A stretch of 64,000 bases of DNA from Candidatus Dormiibacterota bacterium (GTDB lineage Bacteria > Chloroflexota > Dormibacteria > Aeolococcales > Aeolococcaceae). Of the stretch, positions 29,451 to 39,967 are shown one piece after another. The notes beneath the pieces are model-generated. The model was not told the origin of the DNA and ran no database searches. It saw only the letters and a list, made by a program, of their open reading frames with translations. The position numbers and the translations under genes were made by a program. The stretch spans positions 512,001 to 576,000 of the forward strand of contig OY970355.1 in the NCBI GenBank assembly GCA_963718525.1, read 5' to 3'. Numbering within the stretch: position 1 is the stretch's first letter; every line of letters begins with the position of its first letter.

Positions 29451-30959
29451 GTGCCACCCACTGCCACACTTGTCGCCCCGCCCACCCAGGTCACCCCGCG
29501 CCGGACCCGCCGGGGCCTGGTGCTCGGGATCATCCTGGCCGTCCAGCTGATGGTCGTCCTCGACGCCACCATCGTGAACATCGCGCTCCCCGACATCGCC
29601 GGGGCGCTCCACTTCTCGCCGGCGAACCTGTCGTGGGTGATCACCGCCTACACACTCGCCTTCGGGGGCTTCCTGCTCCTCGGAGCGCGGGCAGGCGATC
29701 TGCTCGGACGCCGCCGCGTGTTCATCGCGGGCATCGCGCTCTTCACCCTCGCCTCGTTCCTCGGCGGCGTGGCTCCCTGGAGTGGCTGGCTGCTGGCGGC
29801 TCGTGCGCTGCAGGGCATCGGCGGTGCACTTGCGGCGCCATCGGCGCTCGCCCTCCTCATGACCATGTTCCAGGACGGCCAGGAGCGCGTCCGCGCGATC
29901 GGCTGGTACACCGCCGTGTCCATCGGCGGCGGGGCGATCGGTCTCATCCTCGGCGGCCTGCTGGTGCAGTGGGCGTCATGGCGGTGGGTGCTGTTCGTCA
30001 ACGTGCCGATCGGCATCGTCGTGGTCGCGCTCGCACGCCGGCTGCTCACGGAGACCCCCGGACGCAACGGTCACTTCGACGTGCGCGGTGCGGTCACGTC
30101 GACAATCGGCGTCACCTCGCTCGCGTACGGGTTCGTGCGTGCCGCGACTTCGGGATGGGGCGACACGATCACCATCGCCGCGTTCGCGCTGGGCGTCGCG
30201 TTGCTGGCAGGTTTCGTGCTCCTCGAGAGGCGTGCCCCTGAGCCGATCACGCCACTGCGGCTCTTTGCTGATCGCAGCCGCAGCGCGTCGTACGTCGCGC
30301 GTCTCTTCCTCACCGCTGGAATGTTCGGGATGTTCTTCTTCCTGACCCAGTTCCTTCAGGAGGTGCTGCACTACAGCCCCATTGAGGCGGGTCTGGCATT
30401 CCTGCCCTTCACCGTCGCGCTGTTCGCGATGTCGCAACTGAGCGCCCGACGGCTCGTGCAGCGCTTCGGCGCCAAGGCAGTGATGGTGTTCGGGTTCACT
30501 GTGTCGACCGCCGGGATGCTCCTGCTGATTTCGCTCTCCGCATCCAGCGGCTATGTATCGTTGCTTGCGCCGCTGATGCTCTTCGGTGCCGGCAACGGGC
30601 TCGCGTTTGTGCCATTGACGTCGACATCGTTGAGCGGCGTGCGCCAGGATGAGGCAGGCGCCGCGTCGGGGCTGGTCAACGTGATGCAGCAGCTCGGCGG
30701 AGCACTCGAACTCGCGGTCCTGGTATCAGTATTCGGCACCGCTGCGCGTGGCGTGGCGGGCCAATCGGTGGTGGCGGCGCAACGTGCGTTCGTGGTTGGA
30801 GCCGACCACGCTTTCATCGCAGCCACGCTCTTCGTGGGTGCGACGGTTGCCGTTCTGGTTGTGGCGATTCGCGGGCGTCGTGCAGCCGCCCGCGCCGCAG
30901 CCGTGCCCGCCTGGGTCCGCGATATCGATGCATCGACGGCGGCTACGGTTGAGGCGTGA
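29451..30959 (+). CDS. DHA2 (EmrB/QacA) family MFS efflux transporter
   Basis: LDATIVNIALP, GDLLGRRR, WRWVLFVNVPIG, about 14 TM helices; GGAGG RBS. Confidence 0.92.
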   Translation: MPPTATLVAPPTQVTPRRTRRGLVLGIILAVQLMVVLDATIVNIALPDIAGALHFSPANLSWVITAYTLAFGGFLLLGARAGDLLGRRRVFIAGIALFTLASFLGGVAPWSGWLLAARALQGIGGALAAPSALALLMTMFQDGQERVRAIGWYTAVSIGGGAIGLILGGLLVQWASWRWVLFVNVPIGIVVVALARRLLTETPGRNGHFDVRGAVTSTIGVTSLAYGFVRAATSGWGDTITIAAFALGVALLAGFVLLERRAPEPITPLRLFADRSRSASYVARLFLTAGMFGMFFFLTQFLQEVLHYSPIEAGLAFLPFTVALFAMSQLSARRLVQRFGAKAVMVFGFTVSTAGMLLLISLSASSGYVSLLAPLMLFGAGNGLAFVPLTSTSLSGVRQDEAGAASGLVNVMQQLGGALELAVLVSVFGTAARGVAGQSVVAAQRAFVVGADHAFIAATLFVGATVAVLVVAIRGRRAAARAAAVPAWVRDIDASTAATVEA

Positions 30960-31494
30960 CCGGGTTCGCAAAGATGTTCAGTCGGTAGTACTCGAGCTCC
31001 GCGATCGATTCGCGGATATCGTCAAGCGCTCGATGCGTCTCGCGCTTTGCGGACGCACGGGCGAAGGTATCGGGATACCACCGTCTGCAGAGCTCCTTGA
31101 TGCTCGAGACATCGATCGATCGGTAGTGAAGAAAGTTCTCGATATCGGGAAGATATGTGGCAAGAAAACGCCGGTCTGTGGCGATGGAGTTGCCGCACAG
31201 CGGAATGGATCGAGGCTCGTTGATGTGCGACTGCAGGAACTCGAGCGTCTGCCTCCCGGCCTCTGCAAGTGAGAACGTCGACAACTCGATCGCCGCGAGC
31301 AACCCTGACCGAGTGTGCATCCTCCGCACGACGCTGTCCATGCGCTCGAGTTCCTCAGGCGGCGCGTGCACGACGATGTCAGGCCCTTCGGCGACCAGGT
31401 TGAGTTCATCGTCGGTGATCACGGTGGCGATCTCGACGATCACGTGCCGTGCCGGGTCGAGGCCGGTCATCTCCAGGTCCATCCAGGCGAGCAC
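30943..31494 (-). CDS. orn: Oligoribonuclease
   Basis: WMDLEMTGLD, MHTRSGL, CGNSI..DRRFL, HYRSIDVSS, HRALDDIRESI; GTG 31494 with TACGAT 6 nt upstream gives 183 aa. Confidence 0.95.
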   Translation of the reverse strand: MLAWMDLEMTGLDPARHVIVEIATVITDDELNLVAEGPDIVVHAPPEELERMDSVVRRMHTRSGLLAAIELSTFSLAEAGRQTLEFLQSHINEPRSIPLCGNSIATDRRFLATYLPDIENFLHYRSIDVSSIKELCRRWYPDTFARASAKRETHRALDDIRESIAELEYYRLNIFANPVTPQP

Positions 31495-31784
31495 GGCGCG
31501 ATCGTAGCGTGCTGTCGACGAGAGGCTGCGATGCTCAGACCGCTTCGAGGACATCGTCGCGCCGAGCGTTTGGGTCGTTTGGGGCAAAAAGCCGTGTGCG
31601 ATCTGGGGATACCGCCTCGGTCCACCGTCACAAAGACGCAACAGCGGGCCGCTGAGATCGCACTGGTCTCTCACGGCCGTCAACTCCAGCCCCGTCCCAC
31701 GTCACAAAAGGGGACAGGGCATATGACAAAGCCCTTACACGAACACTTTTTCGCCTAGGCTCGCAACATCTTCGCAACCCAGTC

Positions 31785-34700
31785 TTGAGATCCTTTGTGA
31801 GCACAACTCACCCGGCCCGGACCGCCCGACACGCATTGGTGCACCGGCTTCGAACGCCGACGTGCCTTGTGACGGCGGTCGCCATGCTGGTAGCGCTCCT
31901 GCCGACCACGGTGTTCGCCGCGGGATCACCGCTGGAGGCCGAGACGTTCGCCAACAACTCGACCGCGGCGGGCCAGTGGGCGCTGCCCGCCGGGCGCGGT
32001 GGCGCCGTCAACGGCGCCTGCCTGACGGCGGGGCCGGTCTCCGCAACCACCTCGATCCCCAACTGCGCCGCGCCGCCTGACACCTCTGGCAGCGGGGCGC
32101 TTCGCCTGACCACCAACGCCGGCAGCCAGGTCGGCGCTGTGTTCTATCAGGCAAGCCTGCCGACCACCGAAGGCCTGGACGTCACCCTCGACACCTATCA
32201 GTTCAACGGCACCGGAGCCGACGGCATCGTGTTCGCGCTCGCGGCGGCCGATCCTTCGAATCCCACGCCTCCGACCAGTACCGGACCCCTCGGTGGCGAC
32301 CTCGGGTACGCGGCGAACACCCAGGGGTCGCCGGGCACCGCGGGGATGCCGTACGGGTATCTCGGCATCGGCCTCGACGTCTACGGCAACTACGAGAACA
32401 CGCCCCTCGCCGGTGGGACCGACTGCACCAATCCGTCCCCACTCGTCAACGGTACGGCATACCCCGAGGCGGTGACGGCACGCGGACCGGGCAACGGCAC
32501 GCTTGGCTACTGCATCCTCGGGACGACCGCGACGATCTACAACAAGTCAAGCGGCGGCGGCAGTGGCGGCGGGACCATCAGCAACGTAGGCGCGGGCAAC
32601 ACGCTCGACAAGCAGACCGCAACGTCGCGTGCAGGGGCCATGGTCCCGGTCGAGATGGCGATCAACCCGGCCGCTGCCGCGACCACGACCGGGAGCGGGC
32701 TCACGGTCCCCGCAAGCTCATGGCTGATCGCATACACACCGATCGGGAGCGCGACCCAGCAGACGCTGATCGGAGCGCTGCCCACGACGAGCAACAACGC
32801 CGACCTCGCAACCTTTCCTGCGGCGTGGATCAACCCCGTGACAAAGATCCCGTATCAGCTCACCTTTGGGTGGACGGCGTCGACCGGTGGCTCCAACGAG
32901 TACCACGAGATCAACCAGTTGGTGGCGTCGACACTGAACGGCGCGGTGCCGGATCTGTCCCTGACCAAGTCCGACAACGAGAGCGGACAGATGATCGCGG
33001 GCAACCAGGCCGACTTCATCCTCGCGCCTGGGACGACCGCGGCCGGAGGAACCGAGGCGAACCCGCTGACCGTCACCGACACGCTTCCGGCGGGGATGAC
33101 CCCGGGCACCGCCACGAGCCCGTCCGACTGGGCGTGCACGACCACCGGCCAGGTGGTGACGTGCACGTACACGCCGCTGGTCGCGATTGCGGCCGGGACG
33201 ACGTTGCCGGACATCACAATCCCGGTCACGCTGTCGTCGTCCTTGAGCGGTACGGTCACCAATACCGCACGCATCTCGTCCATCGACGGATTGCCGGCGG
33301 TCAGCAACGACGCGGTGCAGGTCAGCACCTTCGCGGCGACGGCGCTGCCGTCGCCGCAGGCGTACCTGCAGCCGGTGACCTACACGGCTGCGCTCCCGAC
33401 GAGTGCCACGGGGACAGTGACCTTCCGCATCGGCGCCACCGTTCTGTGCACCACCACGCTGCCGGCGTTGAGCTGCACCGCGAGCAACGCTCCGGTCGGT
33501 GCCGACACGGTGACCGCCAGCTACTCAGGTGACTCAAACTTTGCTCCGCAGACAACCACGACCACGGTGACGATCACCAAGGCAACGCCGACCTTCACCG
33601 AGGCGGCGGCTCCCGCATCGATTCCATATGGCGCGCAGGACACGCTCTCCGTCGCCGGTCTGCCGGGCGGCGCAACCGGAACCGTCACATTCACCTCGGG
33701 TGGCTCCCCGCTTTGCACCACAACGCTGCCGACCCTGAGCTGCCAGACGACGGCCACCCTCGCGCCGGGCGTGTATCCGGTCACCGCAACCTACTCCGGT
33801 GACGGCAACTACAGCACCGCGACCGCGCTCGGCGCGAGCTTCACGGTGACTCAGCTGACAACGTCGATGAACGAATCGGCAGCGCCCGCGAGCGTCCCGT
33901 ACGGCACCGCCGACACGCTGTCGGTTGCCGGTTTGCCTGGTGGTGCAACGGGAACCGTGACGTTCACGTCGGGCGCATCGACACTGTGCGCCGTCACGTT
34001 GCCGACGCTGAGCTGCGCCACAGTGACGACGTTGACGCCGGGCACCTACCCGGTCACCGCGACCTACTCAGGTGACGTCTACTACCTCGCGACGACAGCG
34101 AACGGCGCCGGCTTCACCGTCACCAGAGCGACCCCGACACTCACTGAGGCGGCTGCTCCGGCGAGCGTGCCGTACGGCACCAGCGACACGCTCTCCGTGT
34201 CGGGATTGGCGGCGGGCGCCACGGGCACCGTCACCTTCACGTCCGGGGGATCGACGCTCTGCGTCGCAACGCTCCCCTCGACGAGCTGTCCAACGTCGAC
34301 GAGCCTCACTCCTGCAACGTACCCGGTCACCGCGACGTACTCCGGTGACAACCTCTATGGTGGCGCAACCGCGAGTGGGTCCAGCTTCGTCGTGACCAGG
34401 GCGACGACATCAATGACCGAAACGGCATCGCCCGCATCGATCGGATATGGGTCTCAGGACACGCTCTCTGAGGTGGGACTGCCTGCCGGCGCGACCGGAA
34501 CCGTGACCTTCACATCGGGCGGTTCCACCCTGTGCACCGCGCTCCTGGCGGCGACCAGCTGCCAGACGTCCGCCACGCTCGGGGCTGGGACATACCCGGT
34601 GACCGCAACCTACTCAGGTGACGTCAACTACAAGGGGACCATCGCCACGGGCGCCAGCTTCATGGTCACCAGGACGGACCCGGTGTTCACCGAGTCGGCA

Positions 34701-36455
34701 GCGCCCGCGAGCATTCCGTACGGCACGGCCGATACGCTGTCCACAACCGGCCTGCCTGCCGATGCCACCGGAACGGTGACCTTCACCTCCGGCGGATCGA
34801 CCCTCTGCATCGCGGCGCTGCCGGCGACGAGCTGTGACACATCAACGTCGCTGGCCCCTGGGCCCTACCCGGTAACCGCGATATATTCTGGTGACACCAA
34901 CTACAACGGCGCAACCGTTACTGGCGCCAGCTTCGTCGTCACCAAGGCTGACACCGCGATGGTCGAGTCGGCGGCGCCCGCATCCATCGCGTACGGATCC
35001 CAGGACACGCTGTCCGTGGCCGGCCTTCCCGGCGATGCGACAGGGACCGTGACCTTCACCTCGGGTGGATCGACGCTGTGCGTCGCCCCCTTGCCGGCCA
35101 TCAGCTGCCAGACCGCGACGACGCTGGTTCCGGGCACCTACCCGGTGACGGCCGTCTACTCAGGTGATGCCAATTACAACGGCACGACCGCAACGGGCGC
35201 CAGCTTCGTGGTCACCAAAGCCGACCCCTCGTTCATCGAGTCGGCAGCACCGTTGAGCATCTCCTACGGGACGGCCGACACACTGTCCACCGCCGGTCTC
35301 CCCGGCGATGCGACCGGCGTCGTGACGTTCACGTCCGGCGGGGCAACGCTCTGCATCGCCGCGCTGCCGGCGCTCAGCTGCCAGACATCGGCCACGCTGG
35401 CCCCTGGCACGTACCCAGTGACGGCGACCTACTCCGGCGATAGCAACTTCGGCGGCGGCATCGCAACGGGCGCCAGCTTCGTGGTGACGCGTGCCGGCAC
35501 GTCGATGACCGAATCCGCAGCGCCTGCAACGATTTCCTATGGGATGCAGGACACCCTGTCGGTCTCCGGACTGCCTGGAGACGCGACTGGAACCGTCATC
35601 TTCACCTCGGGCGGGTCGACGCTCTGCACGGCCTTGCTGCCGGCGATCAGCTGCCAGACCGCGACCACGCTGGTCCCGGGCATCTACCCGGTGACGGCGA
35701 CATACTCCGGCGACGGCAACTACAGCGGGACGACCGCAACGGGCGCGAGCTTCACCGTCACGAAGGCCGCCACCCCGCTGGCGGAGTCAGCCTCCCCAGC
35801 GGTGATCGTGTACGGCAGCACCGATACCGTCTCGGCTTCCGGGCTTCCGGCCGGGGCCACGGGGACCGTCACCTTCACCTCGGGAACGACGACGTTGTGC
35901 ACGACCACTCTCCCGGCGACGAGCTGCCACACCGCCGCGACGCTGATGCCGGCCGTATATCCGGTCACGGCCACGTACTCGGGTGACAGCAACAACAGTC
36001 CCGCCACAGCGACCGGCGCGCTGTTCACCGTCATCAAAGCGGATACGACCATGACGGTGCACGTCTCTCCGACGGAGACGGTGCGCGGCGCGCCTGTCAC
36101 GCTGTGGGTCACCGGTCTGCCACCCGGTGCCACAGGCACGGTGACCTTCACCTCGGGCAACGTCGTGCTCTGCACCGTGACGCTTCCGGCAACCAGCTGC
36201 ACGCCCACGATCAATCTCCCACCCGGATCGTATCCGGTCACCGCGACGTACTCGGGCAATAGCAACTACAACGGCTCGAACGCGGTCAACAGCGGCGTGC
36301 TCGGCGTCCTCGCGGCGGGTGCAGATCCGTCGGTTCCCGCAACCGGTGGCGTCCCGGACGGGCGCCGGACCTTCCTCGGTGCGCTGCTGGTCATGGCGGG
36401 TGGAGCATCGCTGGTGATCTCGCGGCGCTGGTGGAGCAACCACAGGACCGTCTGA
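31785..36455 (+). CDS. Large surface protein: L-type lectin-like domain, DUF11-like domain, 11 Ig-like repeats, VPATG sorting-like tail
   Basis: Signal peptide ..TTVFA; LRLT, GADGIVF, GIGLDVYGN, GWTASTGGSNEYH; DLSLTKS..VTDTLPAG; about 91-aa repeats; VPATG + TM + RR. Confidence 0.85.
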   Translation: MRSFVSTTHPARTARHALVHRLRTPTCLVTAVAMLVALLPTTVFAAGSPLEAETFANNSTAAGQWALPAGRGGAVNGACLTAGPVSATTSIPNCAAPPDTSGSGALRLTTNAGSQVGAVFYQASLPTTEGLDVTLDTYQFNGTGADGIVFALAAADPSNPTPPTSTGPLGGDLGYAANTQGSPGTAGMPYGYLGIGLDVYGNYENTPLAGGTDCTNPSPLVNGTAYPEAVTARGPGNGTLGYCILGTTATIYNKSSGGGSGGGTISNVGAGNTLDKQTATSRAGAMVPVEMAINPAAAATTTGSGLTVPASSWLIAYTPIGSATQQTLIGALPTTSNNADLATFPAAWINPVTKIPYQLTFGWTASTGGSNEYHEINQLVASTLNGAVPDLSLTKSDNESGQMIAGNQADFILAPGTTAAGGTEANPLTVTDTLPAGMTPGTATSPSDWACTTTGQVVTCTYTPLVAIAAGTTLPDITIPVTLSSSLSGTVTNTARISSIDGLPAVSNDAVQVSTFAATALPSPQAYLQPVTYTAALPTSATGTVTFRIGATVLCTTTLPALSCTASNAPVGADTVTASYSGDSNFAPQTTTTTVTITKATPTFTEAAAPASIPYGAQDTLSVAGLPGGATGTVTFTSGGSPLCTTTLPTLSCQTTATLAPGVYPVTATYSGDGNYSTATALGASFTVTQLTTSMNESAAPASVPYGTADTLSVAGLPGGATGTVTFTSGASTLCAVTLPTLSCATVTTLTPGTYPVTATYSGDVYYLATTANGAGFTVTRATPTLTEAAAPASVPYGTSDTLSVSGLAAGATGTVTFTSGGSTLCVATLPSTSCPTSTSLTPATYPVTATYSGDNLYGGATASGSSFVVTRATTSMTETASPASIGYGSQDTLSEVGLPAGATGTVTFTSGGSTLCTALLAATSCQTSATLGAGTYPVTATYSGDVNYKGTIATGASFMVTRTDPVFTESAAPASIPYGTADTLSTTGLPADATGTVTFTSGGSTLCIAALPATSCDTSTSLAPGPYPVTAIYSGDTNYNGATVTGASFVVTKADTAMVESAAPASIAYGSQDTLSVAGLPGDATGTVTFTSGGSTLCVAPLPAISCQTATTLVPGTYPVTAVYSGDANYNGTTATGASFVVTKADPSFIESAAPLSISYGTADTLSTAGLPGDATGVVTFTSGGATLCIAALPALSCQTSATLAPGTYPVTATYSGDSNFGGGIATGASFVVTRAGTSMTESAAPATISYGMQDTLSVSGLPGDATGTVIFTSGGSTLCTALLPAISCQTATTLVPGIYPVTATYSGDGNYSGTTATGASFTVTKAATPLAESASPAVIVYGSTDTVSASGLPAGATGTVTFTSGTTTLCTTTLPATSCHTAATLMPAVYPVTATYSGDSNNSPATATGALFTVIKADTTMTVHVSPTETVRGAPVTLWVTGLPPGATGTVTFTSGNVVLCTVTLPATSCTPTINLPPGSYPVTATYSGNSNYNGSNAVNSGVLGVLAAGADPSVPATGGVPDGRRTFLGALLVMAGGASLVISRRWWSNHRTV
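33330..36290 (+). repeat. 11 tandem about 273-bp Ig-like repeats
   Basis: TGTVTFTSG..LC..SC..YPVTATYSG recurring with about 273-nt period. Confidence 0.9.
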
Positions 36456-36564
36456 CCAGCCGCGGAGCCACGCTCGGCAGCCCGCGTCGGGACCCGGCAT
36501 GCCGCGGCTCGTCCGCCGTACCCTAGCTCGCAGACTGCGGATCGTTCGTGGACGGAGAGTTTCG

Positions 36565-37675
36565 ATGATCAGAGCCGGCGCGCGGGTCACGTACAAGAGC
36601 CCGCTCCACCAGATGACCCAGACGACGCCGACCGTGCTCTGGAACGACTCCGCGGCGATTGACGAGCTCACATACGCCATGGAGCACGGGGCTGTCGGGG
36701 CGACCTGCAACCCGGTGATCGCCGCCACGATCCTCGCGGATGATGCGGCCACGTGGCGGCCGCGCACCGAAATGTTGCTGCGCGAGCTGCCGGCGGCAAC
36801 CGAGGACACCATCGCATGGAGGCTCGTCGAGGAACTGTCGATACGAGCCGCCCGGCTCCTCGAGCCGATCTTCGAGGCACAGCACGGCCGCAACGGGCGC
36901 CTCTCCATACAGACCGATCCGCGCCTCTTCCGCAACAGCGACGCAATCGTCGAGCAGGCACTCGTGTTCAACGCGCTCGCTCCCAACATGATCGTGAAGA
37001 TCCCGGCGACGCGTGCCGGAATCACAGCGATCGAGGCGGCGACCCATCATGGAATCAGCATCAATGCGACTGTCTGCTTCACCTTGCCCCAGTGCATCGC
37101 CGTGGCCGAAGCGGTGGAGCGCGGGCTCCGGCGCCGCGAGGACGAGGGCAAGGACATCGCATCGATGGGACCCGTCTGCACGATCATGGTTGGCCGGCTC
37201 GATGACTGGCTCAAGATGGTGATGGAACGCGCCGCGATCACCGTTGATCCCGGATATCTCGAGTGGGCCGGCGTCGCCGTGTTCAAGAAGGCCTACAGGA
37301 TCTTCATCGAGCGTGGCTACAGGATCCGGTTGCTCTCCGCGGCGTTCCGCAACCACATGCACTGGAGTGAGTTCATCGGCGCTGACGCCGTGGTGTCTCC
37401 GACTCACGCATGGCAGCGGCGGATCAACGGGAGTGATATCGAGGTGATCCCACGCATCGAGATCCCCGTGCATCCAAGGGTCATCGAGGAGCTGAACTCG
37501 ACACTTCGACGACTTCCGCCGCGCGTACTCCGAGGACGGCATCAGCGTCGACGAGTTCGATGCCTTCGGCGCGACGCGACGCACTCTGCGCCAGTTCTGC
37601 GCAGCCTGCGGTGACCTGAACGCCTTCGTGCGCGATGCGATGATCCCCGACCCGGACCGGCGACCGACGGCATGA
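36565..37675 (+). CDS. Transaldolase family protein; apparent +1 frameshift at 37495-37496
   Basis: LWNDS, GATCNP, IVKIP, INATV, MVGRLDD; alternative frame TRHFDDFRRAYSEDG..RTLRQF..PDPDRRPTA* ends in ATGA overlap with iolB. Confidence 0.85.
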
Positions 37676-38451
37676 CGTCGACATCATTGATTCGCGTCGG
37701 TGAGCAGACCAGGCACATCTCGCTCGATGTGATTGCGGCGGAGCGTGGCGAGGCGGTCGAGATCGCACCGGGAAATGAACAGCTGGTGGTGATCCTGTCC
37801 GGGCGCGCTCAGGTCAGCATCGACGGTCAGGACTTCGGCGTCGTTGGCCGCCGAGCTGACGTGTTCGAGGGTGGCGGTGACGCGGTGTATGTGCCTCCTG
37901 CTGCATCGGCGGTGCTCGTGGGGCCCGCCGACGGCGGCGACGGTGTGTTGACTCTCGCCATTGCCGCTGCGCCGGCGGGCGCCCAACCGGCGGGCGTGGC
38001 GCGCATCATTCCAGCCGCAACGCAGCGAGAAGTCGTCGTTGGACGCGACAGCTGGGGACGGACCGTTCGTACGATCCTCGGGCCCGCGGATGATGCGTCG
38101 CGGTTGATCGTCGGTGAGACGGTGCACAACGGCACGGGCACCTGGTCGTCGTTTCCACCCCATCGCCACGATCGAGTCGCCGCGGATGAGGCACAGCTCG
38201 AGGAGGTCTACTACTACCGCATCCGCCCTGCCAACGGCTTCGCCGTGCAGGTGCGGTATGACCTCGACACCGGGGACGAGGATCTCCGCATCGCCCGCGA
38301 CGGCGACGCTGCGGCGATCACGTCTGGCTTCCATCCCGTCGTGGCTGCGCCCGGCCATGACCTGTACTACCTGTGGATCCTGGCCGGGGAGCAGCGTGCC
38401 ATGCGTGTGTTCATCGATCCCCGCTACCGCTGGTTGAACGAGCAGCAGTAG
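37672..38451 (+). CDS. iolB: 5-deoxy-glucuronate isomerase (IolB/KduI family)
   Basis: WSSFPPHRHD, LEEVYYY, GFHPVVAAPG, YYLWILAG. Confidence 0.85.
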   Translation: MTSTSLIRVGEQTRHISLDVIAAERGEAVEIAPGNEQLVVILSGRAQVSIDGQDFGVVGRRADVFEGGGDAVYVPPAASAVLVGPADGGDGVLTLAIAAAPAGAQPAGVARIIPAATQREVVVGRDSWGRTVRTILGPADDASRLIVGETVHNGTGTWSSFPPHRHDRVAADEAQLEEVYYYRIRPANGFAVQVRYDLDTGDEDLRIARDGDAAAITSGFHPVVAAPGHDLYYLWILAGEQRAMRVFIDPRYRWLNEQQ

Positions 38452-39169
38452 CGGGGGTCCGCCGGTGGTCGGCCTCGAACACGGGCTTCGAAAGCCGTCC
38501 GAGCGAGAGGCTCAGGCATGTCCACGCAACGCCAACGAGAAAGCCACCGATGACGTCGCTTGGCCAGTGGGCGCCGACGTAGATGCGGCTGAGCCCTGCG
38601 GCGGCCACGAGCATCGCGGCGAGAAACCAGGACGCGACGTAGAGAGGACGCGGAAGCCTGCGGGCCAAAAGCACCATCGCCAGCACGCTCAGCCAGACGA
38701 AGAACCCCACGTGCCCGCTCGGATAGCTGTATCCGAGCAGCTTGGACGTCGTGTGCGCGACACCCGTGGGCCGCGGCCGGCGAATCATGATGTTCACGAC
38801 GTTGTAGACAACGGAGTAGATGGCGGAGAAGGCCACCAGTGGCGTGGCGGGCCGGAAGAGCAGGAAGGTGATCACGATCACCGCAGCGCCAACCCCGAGG
38901 CCGACGAACCCCGAGAAGGCGGACACGAATGAGTTGAACCACGCAAAGGCCTGGCCGTTGACCGACTGGACGGCCACTTCGATCGGGTGGTCGAAGAAGA
39001 ACGGCGCAGGGTGAAGCGCCACACCCACAGAGAGGGCGACAAACAGGAGTCCAGCCACTATTGCGACCGACATCAGGGTCCGGTTGACGTCACCGGTGAG
39101 CCGGTGCAGCCAGGACCACGTGCTGGTTCGGCGTGCGGCCGCAGGAAATGTCGCGTCACGGGCCATCAT
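38411..39169 (-). CDS. PAP2 family membrane phosphatase
   Basis: RRPRP, SYPSGH, SRIYVGAHWPSDV; TATAAT 5 nt before ATG. Confidence 0.9.
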   Translation of the reverse strand: MMARDATFPAAARRTSTWSWLHRLTGDVNRTLMSVAIVAGLLFVALSVGVALHPAPFFFDHPIEVAVQSVNGQAFAWFNSFVSAFSGFVGLGVGAAVIVITFLLFRPATPLVAFSAIYSVVYNVVNIMIRRPRPTGVAHTTSKLLGYSYPSGHVGFFVWLSVLAMVLLARRLPRPLYVASWFLAAMLVAAAGLSRIYVGAHWPSDVIGGFLVGVAWTCLSLSLGRLSKPVFEADHRRTPATAARSTSGSGDR

Positions 39170-39214
39170 CCAATATTATACCGTTAGTATCATGTTGAGC
39201 CCTAAGCGCCGCCT

Positions 39215-39967
39215 GTGAGTACGGGCGCCGTCGAATCGACGCTCGCGGATGGAGGTCAGGCAGCAAGCGAGATCCTGGCCGGCGAGCCCGGGCCGTCAGC
39301 CCGGCGATGGCTAGGCCCGCTGGCGCTGCTCTCGCTGCTGCTGTTCGCGGTCGTCACGATCCTGGTCGTCAGTGGCGTAACCCGGACCGGGTTCGATCTT
39401 CCGGTCGAGCACGCGATCCAGCACATCCCCTGGGGGCCGCTGACGTACTGGATGACTCTGACCAATGTCACCGGCGGCCTGATCCAGGACCTGTTGGGCA
39501 TCGCCGTGGTCCTGGCGCTCTTTCTCTGGGACCGAAGAGCGGGCTGGTTGATGGCGCTCGGTGCCCTCGGCAGCCTGATCGCACAGATCGTCAAGGTCTC
39601 GGTGGCGCGGCAGCGACCCACCGCCGACGTGGTCACCATCCTCAACCCGTCGAGTGGGTACAGCTACCCGAGCGGACACGCGATCTTCTTCACCTGGCTG
39701 GCGTTCATGCTCGCCATTGCCATATCGCCGCACGTCGGCCCACGCTGGCGGGTCGTTGTATGGATCGTCGCGGGTCTCGTGGTCGTCTTCGCGTGCATCG
39801 GTCGGATCTGGGCCGGAGCGCACTGGCCGACCGATGTCATCGGTGGATTCCTGCTGGGCGTCGCGTGGTCCGCATTCATTCTGTGGCTGCCGGAACGCTG
39901 GTTGCCGACTCCGAGCTCACGCTGGATTCCCAGGCGATGGAACGCATCGCGGCGGTCTCACGCATGA
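39215..39967 (+). CDS. PAP2 family membrane phosphatase
   Basis: KVSVARQRP, SYPSGH, RIWAGAHWPTDV. Confidence 0.9.
   Translation: MSTGAVESTLADGGQAASEILAGEPGPSARRWLGPLALLSLLLFAVVTILVVSGVTRTGFDLPVEHAIQHIPWGPLTYWMTLTNVTGGLIQDLLGIAVVLALFLWDRRAGWLMALGALGSLIAQIVKVSVARQRPTADVVTILNPSSGYSYPSGHAIFFTWLAFMLAIAISPHVGPRWRVVVWIVAGLVVVFACIGRIWAGAHWPTDVIGGFLLGVAWSAFILWLPERWLPTPSSRWIPRRWNASRRSHA

Noticed and set aside
30943-31494. orn as part of the c-di-GMP module (pGpG degradation)
   Set aside because: More than 10 kb from the GGDEF-EAL gene with unrelated genes between; orn is a housekeeping gene.
31560-31785. c-di-GMP riboswitch upstream of the adhesin
   Set aside because: No GEMM-type GAAA tetraloop/receptor arrangement recognisable.
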